From an uncultured Spirochaetaceae bacterium (lineage in GTDB: Bacteria > Spirochaetota > Spirochaetia > Treponematales > Treponemataceae), in NCBI GenBank assembly GCA_902785455.1, contig CACZYY010000008.1, positions 851-64,850 of the forward strand: a stretch of DNA of 64,000 bases. The letters are read 5' to 3'. Made by a program: the position numbers and the translations under genes. The notes under the pieces were generated by a model. That model saw nothing but the letters and a program-made list of their open reading frames with translations. It was not told where the DNA came from and did not search any database. Shown here in pieces: positions 27,357 to 35,310 of this stretch (its first letter is position 1; each line of letters starts with the position of its first letter).

Positions 27357-28780
27357 CCGTTCCAGCAGTAGGTGCAGAGCTTGCAGTGGTCGAGGCCTGT
27401 GCTGTCGAGCATGTCGTCAAGGCGGTGGAAGCGCAATGTGGTGAAGTGGAGCTGCTTTCGGATTTCTTCCTGCATTTTTGCGTATTCGGGAGTGTCCGGG
27501 TCGCAGTATTTCTGCAATGTTTCCATGCTTACGTTTTCACCTTCGAATTGCTTTACGACGCGGCGTGCAATCAAATCCATCTCGCTTTTTGAGCGTGAGA
27601 AGTTGAGGTATTTGCAGCCGAACATAATCGGCGGGCAGGCCGGGCGCACGTGAACTTCCTTTGCACCAGACTGATACAAAAAGTCTGTTGTTTCACGGAG
27701 CTGTGTTCCTCGCACGATTGAGTCGTCAATCAAAAGAATGCTCTTGTCTTTGATAAGCTGCTGAACCGGGATAAGCTTCATGTGGGCGATAAGGTTTCGC
27801 TGCTCCTGGTTTGTCGGCATAAAGCTTCGTGGCCAGGTCGGAGTGTACTTGATGAACGGACGTGTGAAAGGAATTCCTGCTTCGTTCGCATATCCTACGG
27901 CGTGGGCTGTTCCAGAATCCGGGACTCCTGCAGCACAGTCCGGGTGAATATTGTCGTCCTTGTCGCGTTTTGCAAGGAATTTTCCGCAGTTGTAGCGCAT
28001 TGCCTCAACGTTTACGCCTTCGTAGCAGGCTGTCGGGTAGCCGTAGTAAATCCAAAGGAAGGTGCAGATTTTCATTTCTTTTTGAGGCTGCTGTAAAACT
28101 TCGTAGCGGTCGGCTGTGACATAAACGATTTCGGCAGGACCAAGCTCGTGCAAATCTTTGTAGCCAAGATTGATGTAAGCAAAACTTTCGAAAGAAAGAC
28201 AGTGAGCAAGAATCGAGCCCTGCGCGTCTTTTTTGATACCGATTTGAAGCGGAGTTCGGCCCATTTTGTCGCGTGCACCGTAAATTCCTTCGGGCGTGGC
28301 GACGAGCATTGTGATTGAACCTTGAATTTTTGACTGAACGTACTGAATTCCTTCAAGAATCGTTTTTTGAGTGTTAATCATTGCAAGGATAAGCTCGGTC
28401 TGGTTGATTTCACCGCCGCTCATCTCCAGAAATGCACCGCCATTTTCAAGAAGTTCTTTTACAATCTCTTCTTTGTTTGTGACTACGCCGACGGTTGTAA
28501 CGGCAAAGCGGCCGAGGTGTGAGCGTGCCAAAAGTGGCTGGGGTTCGTAGTCGGAGATACATCCGATTCCAAGACGACCTTTCATTTCCTCGATGTCAGT
28601 TTCAAATTTTGTTCGGAATGGAGAATTTTGAATGTTGTGAATCGCACGCTGAAATTTCTCATCATTACGCCAAACGGCAAGACCGCCCCTGCGAGTGCCC
28701 AGGTGCGAGTGATAGTCAACACCAAAAAACAAATCCAAAGAACAATCGTCTTTTGATACAACTCCGAAAATACCGCCCAT
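27347..28780 (-). CDS. purF: Amidophosphoribosyltransferase (MGG-type, lacking N-terminal Cys)
   Basis: GVPDSG, LLIDDSIVRGT PRT motif, EVHVRPACPP, Fe-S cysteines including C-terminal CTYC. Confidence 0.92.
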   Translation of the reverse strand: MGGIFGVVSKDDCSLDLFFGVDYHSHLGTRRGGLAVWRNDEKFQRAIHNIQNSPFRTKFETDIEEMKGRLGIGCISDYEPQPLLARSHLGRFAVTTVGVVTNKEEIVKELLENGGAFLEMSGGEINQTELILAMINTQKTILEGIQYVQSKIQGSITMLVATPEGIYGARDKMGRTPLQIGIKKDAQGSILAHCLSFESFAYINLGYKDLHELGPAEIVYVTADRYEVLQQPQKEMKICTFLWIYYGYPTACYEGVNVEAMRYNCGKFLAKRDKDDNIHPDCAAGVPDSGTAHAVGYANEAGIPFTRPFIKYTPTWPRSFMPTNQEQRNLIAHMKLIPVQQLIKDKSILLIDDSIVRGTQLRETTDFLYQSGAKEVHVRPACPPIMFGCKYLNFSRSKSEMDLIARRVVKQFEGENVSMETLQKYCDPDTPEYAKMQEEIRKQLHFTTLRFHRLDDMLDSTGLDHCKLCTYCWNGRE

Positions 28781-28808
28781 TTTGTACCCCTTAAAAACTT
28801 ATTTTAAA

Positions 28809-30161
28809 TTAGAAAATGTAAGTCCAGAACAAGCCTGTTGCCCAGCACTTGCGGCTTTTACCGTCGAAAGCCGTTCTCTGCTCAAAGTCAAAGTAAGCGG
28901 CAAAGCTTGTGTTCTTTGTGTATGCGAATGTGAGTTCCGGGCGAATGTCGAATACGTGTCCGCCATCCCAGTCGTCGGTTGCTGCGTAATTATCCCAGCG
29001 CTTGTCTTTTGAGCCGAATGCGATTGAGCTCCAGATGTTGAATCCGAGCTGTTTGTTTACGTCCATTGAGAACATGATTCCTGAATACAGGGCAGCTGTG
29101 TAATTATCGTCCTCGAAGAAGTTTGCTCCGAATTCTGGACGAAGCGTGATGCTTGAGTTTGGAATCTTGAATGTGAGTGCGGCACCTGTTCCGTAAGCCT
29201 GATCATTGTCCGGACTTGTGAAAAGTGAGTCGGCTGCAAAGTAGAGGTCGAGTGTGAGCTTTTCAAATCCGATTGTGGCTCCAGTGTAGAAGTTTGTGCC
29301 GTCGTCAAGAAGACCTTCGAAAGCCGCTGCAAGAAGAAGCCATTTTGCCGGAACGAATTTAATTCCTGTGTTCAAAACAGGATCATCTGTGTTGAAGCCG
29401 TTTGGAAGGGCCGCACCGATTTCAAGCTGGTCGTTGTCTGCAAGGAAGCGGACTCCGAGCGCGCGTTTTGCATATTTGTTTGCGAATGGAACGAAGCCGA
29501 CTACATCTGCTGTTCCTGGTCTGTTGCCTGCTGCATGAACGTCGTAGCGGTATTTTCCTGCATCTTCTTTTGATGTCCGCTCGAAAGAACCTGAACGGTC
29601 ATCGTAAGAAGTTGAGAAGCCGCCCTGACGAACGTGAGCATCGTGTTCCCAAAGCCAGCTGCCGTATGCCGGTGCCGGACCTACCTGCCAGTTGAGTTTG
29701 GTTCCCACGCCGAAGTCAACGTTCTTGTTGATGTGATAAAGAAAGTTTACGTAGTAAGAATCCTGCAATGTGTTTGAGACGTTTGCTTGATTGTTATAGT
29801 CTCCAAAAATTCCTGGATTTGCAGCTCTTGCCTCAGCCTTTACTGTGTTGTCACCCCAATTGCCGTATTTAAGGTTGAGCGGATTCCTGTTTGATGTGCC
29901 GAACTGGAATTTGTCTACATTGTATTCGTTGTCGTAATTTGCAAGGAAACTCCAGTTGAGCATTGCTTCAACAGTGAACTTGCCGCGGTCAAAACGTGTC
30001 TGGAATGTGTCTGTGAAGCCGTAAGCCATTGCATCGCCACCGAGAGGAGCACCAACTCCAACCCAGGCTGTGTTTTTCATCTGTTCTTTATCGAGGACCT
30101 GTGCGTTTGCCCCGAATCCCAAAATTGCAGAAGCTACAATTGTCGCAAGAATTTTTTTCAT
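28809..30161 (-). CDS. Putative outer-membrane beta-barrel protein
   Basis: Cleavable signal peptide (ANA-Q), alternating amphipathic strands, C-terminal WTYIF. Confidence 0.6.
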   Translation of the reverse strand: MKKILATIVASAILGFGANAQVLDKEQMKNTAWVGVGAPLGGDAMAYGFTDTFQTRFDRGKFTVEAMLNWSFLANYDNEYNVDKFQFGTSNRNPLNLKYGNWGDNTVKAEARAANPGIFGDYNNQANVSNTLQDSYYVNFLYHINKNVDFGVGTKLNWQVGPAPAYGSWLWEHDAHVRQGGFSTSYDDRSGSFERTSKEDAGKYRYDVHAAGNRPGTADVVGFVPFANKYAKRALGVRFLADNDQLEIGAALPNGFNTDDPVLNTGIKFVPAKWLLLAAAFEGLLDDGTNFYTGATIGFEKLTLDLYFAADSLFTSPDNDQAYGTGAALTFKIPNSSITLRPEFGANFFEDDNYTAALYSGIMFSMDVNKQLGFNIWSSIAFGSKDKRWDNYAATDDWDGGHVFDIRPELTFAYTKNTSFAAYFDFEQRTAFDGKSRKCWATGLFWTYIF

Positions 30162-30249
30162 TTTGTTTCTCCTGAAATGTTCGTGTGCGCAAAGAATAGC
30201 ATAAAAATTAATTTGAGTGAATCAGAAAAATGAATTAAAATATAAATCT

Positions 30250-31386
30250 ATGTTTGTGAAAAAATTGAATTCTGATATTTGCGATTATATTGACTGGCGT
30301 GGTGACTTGAATTTTGAGCTTTCTCCGCTGAATGACGTTGACGCGCTGATTTTTGCCCAGCTTTCATACATAAATTTCACCGGCTTAGCACCAGACGGCT
30401 TTAATTCTTCTATTAAACTGTCAGAATTGGCAAAGATTTTTTTCGGTTCAAGTGATTTTGAAAAGCGCAGTAATCTCGGAATGCTGATTGACCCAAAATC
30501 CAACGAGCTTTTGAAAAAGGCCGGTGAGAGCGCGCGGTTCGGGAATGTCGAGGTTATGGGCTTTGTCAGCCGTTATGATTCGCAAAAGGAAGAGCAGTTT
30601 TCGGCGGTGACTTTTGTTTTAAATGAAGGCTCATTTTTAGACAAGCAGCAGGTTTTTGTAGCTTTCCGGGGCACTGATGATACTCTTGTCGGCTGGAAGG
30701 AAGATTTCAACCTTGCTTTTCTGGAGCAGGTTCCGGCACAAAAGGACGCATATGCATATCTGGAAAATGTCGTTTCTGAATTTAAAAAGGCCGAGCTTTT
30801 TGTTGGCGGTCATTCTAAGGGCGGAAATCTGGCTATTTTTGCTTCCGCATACCTCAACGAAAAATCCAAAAAGAATCTTGTCCGCGTTTACAATTTCGAT
30901 GGCCCCGGTTTTTCTCAGGCTTCTCTCGACAGCGATGAATTCTTTTCTATTAAATCACGCATTTACTCTGTTTATCCGCAGTTTTCGATAATCGGAATGT
31001 TGTTCCATCATTATGACTCGTGTAAAATCGTACTTAGCAGTGAAAAACTCGTGATGCAGCACAATCCGTTCAGCTGGTTCGTAAAGGGAACCGAATTTGA
31101 AACAAAAGCGGAGTTTGATTCTGGAAGCGAGATTTTCTTCAATTCGTTCAACAAGTGGTTTGAGGAACTTTTGCCGAATCAGCGTGAGCAGTTCGTGGAG
31201 ACGCTTTTTGGTCTTCTGGAGTCCACGAATGCAATCACAAACACCGATTTGAGCAGGGACAAACTGAAGAATACAGGCAAAATAATCAAAGCTTTCGCAT
31301 CGCTTGATTCTGGAATCCGTGACGGAGCAATGAAAATTGCAGGAGATTTTGTAAAAACAATAGCCAAAGAAAGCATAAATTTGTAA
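30250..31386 (+). CDS. DUF2974/Mbeg1-like alpha/beta hydrolase (lipase class 3-like)
   Basis: Y..WRGD, AFRGTD.TL.GWKED, GHSKGG, FDGPG, QH..FSW. Confidence 0.88.
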   Translation: MFVKKLNSDICDYIDWRGDLNFELSPLNDVDALIFAQLSYINFTGLAPDGFNSSIKLSELAKIFFGSSDFEKRSNLGMLIDPKSNELLKKAGESARFGNVEVMGFVSRYDSQKEEQFSAVTFVLNEGSFLDKQQVFVAFRGTDDTLVGWKEDFNLAFLEQVPAQKDAYAYLENVVSEFKKAELFVGGHSKGGNLAIFASAYLNEKSKKNLVRVYNFDGPGFSQASLDSDEFFSIKSRIYSVYPQFSIIGMLFHHYDSCKIVLSSEKLVMQHNPFSWFVKGTEFETKAEFDSGSEIFFNSFNKWFEELLPNQREQFVETLFGLLESTNAITNTDLSRDKLKNTGKIIKAFASLDSGIRDGAMKIAGDFVKTIAKESINL

Positions 31387-31395
31387 AATAGCTTT

Positions 31396-31665
31396 ATGAA
31401 CGCGATTATTACCGTCGTTGGAAGCGACAAAGTTGGAATCATTGCAGAAGTAAGTGCTCTTCTTGCAAAAAATAAAGTCAATATTGCTGACATCACTCAG
31501 ACAATTCTCTCTGGAAATTTCGTTATGATGATGATGGTTTCTCTCGAAGGAGCCGCAGTTTCAATCGACGAGCTCCGCACAATTCTCGGCAAAGCTAGCG
31601 AGGAAATGGGAGTTGAAATCAACGTTATGGCAGAGAAGGTCTTTTCTTCAATGCACCGTATCTAA
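31396..31665 (+). CDS. ACT domain protein (UPF0237)
   Basis: IITVVG.DKVGIIA, NI.DI.QT, F..MHRI C-terminus. Confidence 0.9.
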   Translation: MNAIITVVGSDKVGIIAEVSALLAKNKVNIADITQTILSGNFVMMMMVSLEGAAVSIDELRTILGKASEEMGVEINVMAEKVFSSMHRI

Positions 31666-31752
31666 ATCCACATTTTAGTCAAAAACTGTAATTTTAATTG
31701 CAAGATAAATCCGCACTTTTGGTTTATGCTCATCAAAAGAACCAAAAGGAGT

Positions 31753-31860
31753 CATGATAAAAATTACATCCGTGTAATTTTTATCACGGACAAGTTTTCC
31801 CCGTTGGTGAAAACTTGCTGATACGTTGCTTCCATGCAACGCCACTAACGTGGAGTTTTT
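31753..31860 (+). mobile_element. 108-bp structured element inserted at a Shine-Dalgarno site (repeat family 2), copy B
   Basis: Flanked by AAAGGAGT (31745-31752) and AAAGGAGC (31861-31868). Same length and orientation relative to the downstream gene as copy A. Confidence 0.8.
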
Positions 31861-31873
31861 AAAGGAGCGGATT

Positions 31874-33259
31874 ATGTTCAAAAACTCAAAAGAAATCAAA
31901 AAAATTGTCGTGCTTGCATTTGCAGCGGCGTTAATTTTCTCTGGCTGTTCCGTAGAATCAAAAGGTAGTGATTCTGAGCCGGAATCTGTATCTGATACGG
32001 ATGATTCAAAGACAGGCGAAGAAGATTCTGAAAAAAATGAAGCCGAAAAATCGATAAAACTTGGTGATTTGCCTGTGGGATTTGCTGGGCTTGGAACGAA
32101 TTATGTGACTTCAGGAACAAAAGTTGAAGTCTCCACGCGAGATGAACTGATAGAAGCCGTTTCTGGCGGAAATAAAATTATCGTTATTACATCAATGATC
32201 GACATGAGTGACGGAATGTTGCCAGCAGAAGGTAAAACTTTGCTTGCTTCAACACAGGCTCTTAACGCTTTTGTAAAGTCACTCAAACCAAATTATGAGA
32301 ATTACAAGGCCTGGGTGGATGCGTATCGACAGGCATGTACAAAGACAACCGAAGATAAGGGAAAAAATGCGTCTACAAACAGCGGTCTTTATGATGATTT
32401 ATGGGCTTTGAATAAAGCTTACGGAAAAAAAAATTGCCTTGAAATTAAGTCTGGTACAACTTTGATTGGTAAAACTCAAGATTGCGGTATTCGTGGCGGT
32501 TCAATTCTTGTTAAAGGTGATAACATCCAGATTCGTAATCTGACAATCAAAGATGCCTGCGACCCGTTTCCGCATCATGAGCAGAAAGATTCTAATACTT
32601 CCGATGGCTATAATGCACAATGGGATGGAATCACAATTGATGGTAACAAAAATATCTGGATTGACCATTGCACGTTTGAGGACACACTTTCACTTGAGAC
32701 AGTAAAGACAGGCACAACCGATACACTTGATGAAAAATGGCAGACTTATGATGGACTTTGTGACATCAAGGGGAATGCAACTAATATCACTGTCTCAAAC
32801 TGTATTTTCAAAAATCATGACAAAACGATGCTGATTGGCTCGTCAGATTCCGACGGAGACAACTCAAAACGTTTTGTTACGCTTTATGGAAATTATTTCC
32901 TGAATTGTGTGCAGCGATTGCCGATGGTACGAAATACAACTATTCACATTTTTAATAATTATTATGATTCTTCAAATCCGGCTTATTCAAACAGCTATGC
33001 CATTGGCCGCCGAAAAAACTGCATTGTTTATGCTGAAAATAATTATTTCGGCTCTGGAATAAAATACAGCATAAAGGAAACAAACGGCGAGCTTCATTCT
33101 TCTGGCAATAAAGACCTTTCAAAGAACGGTGCAACTTCTGAAACTGACGATGAAGTTTTCAGTTCCCTGAATAAATACAAATACACGGCGCTTTCAGCTT
33201 CTGATGCCAAAACTTCCGTGCTTGCAACTGCCGGAGCCGGCTGTACTTTAGCAGACTAA
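31874..33259 (+). CDS. Pectate lyase (PL1) lipoprotein
   Basis: Lipobox IFSGC, NIQIRNL, WDGITI, NIWIDHC, DGLCDI, HDKTMLIG, QRLPMVR. Confidence 0.92.
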   Translation: MFKNSKEIKKIVVLAFAAALIFSGCSVESKGSDSEPESVSDTDDSKTGEEDSEKNEAEKSIKLGDLPVGFAGLGTNYVTSGTKVEVSTRDELIEAVSGGNKIIVITSMIDMSDGMLPAEGKTLLASTQALNAFVKSLKPNYENYKAWVDAYRQACTKTTEDKGKNASTNSGLYDDLWALNKAYGKKNCLEIKSGTTLIGKTQDCGIRGGSILVKGDNIQIRNLTIKDACDPFPHHEQKDSNTSDGYNAQWDGITIDGNKNIWIDHCTFEDTLSLETVKTGTTDTLDEKWQTYDGLCDIKGNATNITVSNCIFKNHDKTMLIGSSDSDGDNSKRFVTLYGNYFLNCVQRLPMVRNTTIHIFNNYYDSSNPAYSNSYAIGRRKNCIVYAENNYFGSGIKYSIKETNGELHSSGNKDLSKNGATSETDDEVFSSLNKYKYTALSASDAKTSVLATAGAGCTLAD

Positions 33260-33260
33260 G

Positions 33261-33350
33261 CGGGCGTTGCGGGCGGCGTTTGAGCCCGCAGAGAGGGTAG
33301 CGAAAGACAGCGTGCTGGCTGTAGCGAGGGGGAGACTTTCCCCTTTTTTT
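33261..33350 (+). repeat. Repeat family 4, diverged copy 2; last hairpin plus T-tract may terminate the pectate lyase transcript
   Basis: GGGCGTTGCGGGC...GCCCGCAGAG...AGGGGGAGACTTTCCCCTTTTTTT. Confidence 0.6.
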
Positions 33351-33391
33351 ATTTCTTGCTCAAATCTTTACATCTCATTAAAATATAGTTT

Positions 33392-35227
33392 ATGGAAAAT
33401 TCAAAAAGAACAGTCACTTGCGGTGAGCTTCGCAAGGGCGATGTTGGTAAGAATGTTGTATTAAACGGATGGGTCAGCCGGTCTCGAGATTTGGGCGGCC
33501 TTGTTTTTATTCAGCTCCGTGACCGCTATGGAATCACTCAGGTTATGGTTGGCGACGGTGCGAGCGATGAAGTCAAAAAAATTGCCTCTTCATTAAAGAG
33601 CGAATATTGTATCGCCGTTGCGGGTACAGTTAGCGCCCGAAGCGAAAAGGACGTAAACCCTGACATGGCAACTGGTGAAGTCGAAGTTGAAGCAAAGGAA
33701 ATCGAAATCTTCACAACCAGCCAGGAATTGCCATTCTCAATCGAGGAAGTCCGCCAGAAGGACGGAACTGTTGTTCTTCCAAACGAAGATTTGCGCTTGA
33801 AGTACCGCTATCTTGACTTGCGCCGTGAGCCGATGCAGAAAAACATCATCCTCCGCTCACAGGTTACTTTCGCAACACGCGAGTACCTCACAAGCAAGGG
33901 ATTTTTGGAGATTGAAACTCCTACATTCATCAAGTCAACTCCAGAGGGAGCTCGAGACTATCTCGTTCCTTCACGCGTTCACCCTGGAAAATTCTACTCT
34001 TTGCCACAGTCTCCACAGCTTTACAAACAGCTTTTGATGGTTTCAGGCTTTGACAAATACTTCCAGATTGCACGCTGCTACCGCGATGAGGATGCCCGCG
34101 GAGACCGTCAGCCGGAATTCACACAGATTGATATGGAGATGAGCTTCACAAACCGTGAGGAAGTTCTTACAACTACCGAAGGCATGATGCAGTACATCTT
34201 CAAAAAGACTTTGAATTATGATTTGCCTGCAAAATTCGACCGAATCAGCTGGGACGACGCTTTTGATTTGTACGGAAGCGACAAGCCTGATTTGCGATTC
34301 GACCTCAAGATGCAGGACGCAGCTTTCATGGCAGATTTGAGCGATTTCAACGCATTCAAGGCTGGAGCCGCAAATGCAAGCAAAGAAATCGAGCGTCACA
34401 AACGAAGCGGCCTCAAAGCCCTCGTCGTTAAAAACGTTGCTGACAAATACAGCCGCAAGATGATTGAGGCTTTGGAATCAGTTGCAAAAATCAACCACGC
34501 AAAAGGCCTGGCCTGGATGAAGGTTGATGCAGAAGGCAAATTCGAAGGCGGAATCTCAAAATTCTTCGCCGGAAAAGAATCAGAAATCTGCGGCAAACTC
34601 GGTGCAGAAAAGAACGACTTGCTCCTTTTCGTAAGCGATGAAAAATGGCAGGTTGCCTGCGTTGCTTTGGGTGCAGTCCGAAAGCAGCTCGGAAAAGACC
34701 TCAACCTCTACAATCCGGCCGATGAATTCCACTTCGCATGGATTATCGACTTCCCTTACTTTGCATGGAACGAAGATGAAAATCACTGGGAGACTGAGCA
34801 CCACATGTTCACTCTTCCACAGAAAAAATACTGGGATACTCTGGAATCTGACCCGGGTGCAGTAAAGGGCGACCTCTACGACCTCGTTTTGAACGGCTAC
34901 GAGCTTGCTTCAGGTTCTATGCGTATCAACGATCCTGCCTTGCAGCAGAGAATCTTCAAAATCGTCGGATACTCAGAAGAGCGTGCCCAGAAAGCATTCG
35001 GCTTCCTCGTTCAGGCATTCAAATTCGGTGCCCCACCACACGGCGGAATCGCACCAGGACTTGACCGCCTCGTAATGCTCATGCGCCACGAGGAATCAAT
35101 CCACGAAGTAATCGCATTCCCGAAGAACAATCTGGCAATGTCGCCGATGGACAGTTGTCCGAGCGAAGTTGACCAGAAGCAGCTTGATGAACTGCACATC
35201 AAGTGTACTGAGGTAGAGAAGGAATAG
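33392..35227 (+). CDS. aspS: Aspartate-tRNA ligase
   Basis: LRDRYG, RLKYRYLDLRR, TPEGARDY, LPQSPQ, RGDRQPEFTQ, GAPPHGG.A.GLDR. Confidence 0.97.
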   Translation: MENSKRTVTCGELRKGDVGKNVVLNGWVSRSRDLGGLVFIQLRDRYGITQVMVGDGASDEVKKIASSLKSEYCIAVAGTVSARSEKDVNPDMATGEVEVEAKEIEIFTTSQELPFSIEEVRQKDGTVVLPNEDLRLKYRYLDLRREPMQKNIILRSQVTFATREYLTSKGFLEIETPTFIKSTPEGARDYLVPSRVHPGKFYSLPQSPQLYKQLLMVSGFDKYFQIARCYRDEDARGDRQPEFTQIDMEMSFTNREEVLTTTEGMMQYIFKKTLNYDLPAKFDRISWDDAFDLYGSDKPDLRFDLKMQDAAFMADLSDFNAFKAGAANASKEIERHKRSGLKALVVKNVADKYSRKMIEALESVAKINHAKGLAWMKVDAEGKFEGGISKFFAGKESEICGKLGAEKNDLLLFVSDEKWQVACVALGAVRKQLGKDLNLYNPADEFHFAWIIDFPYFAWNEDENHWETEHHMFTLPQKKYWDTLESDPGAVKGDLYDLVLNGYELASGSMRINDPALQQRIFKIVGYSEERAQKAFGFLVQAFKFGAPPHGGIAPGLDRLVMLMRHEESIHEVIAFPKNNLAMSPMDSCPSEVDQKQLDELHIKCTEVEKE

Positions 35228-35229
35228 TC

Positions 35230-35310
35230 GGGGGCGTTACGGGGGCTTCACCCCCGTAGAGTGGGGGGGCGGCACAACGAAGTGTGACGCAGGGGAGAGA
35301 CCTCTCCCCT
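35230..35310 (+). repeat. Repeat family 4, copy 3, between convergent genes
   Basis: Three hairpins; reverse-complement match to 15291-15370. Confidence 0.75.

Noticed and set aside
31396-31665. ACT protein without its usual DUF711 neighbour
   Set aside because: The partner may be elsewhere in the genome, so this is not informative from this window.
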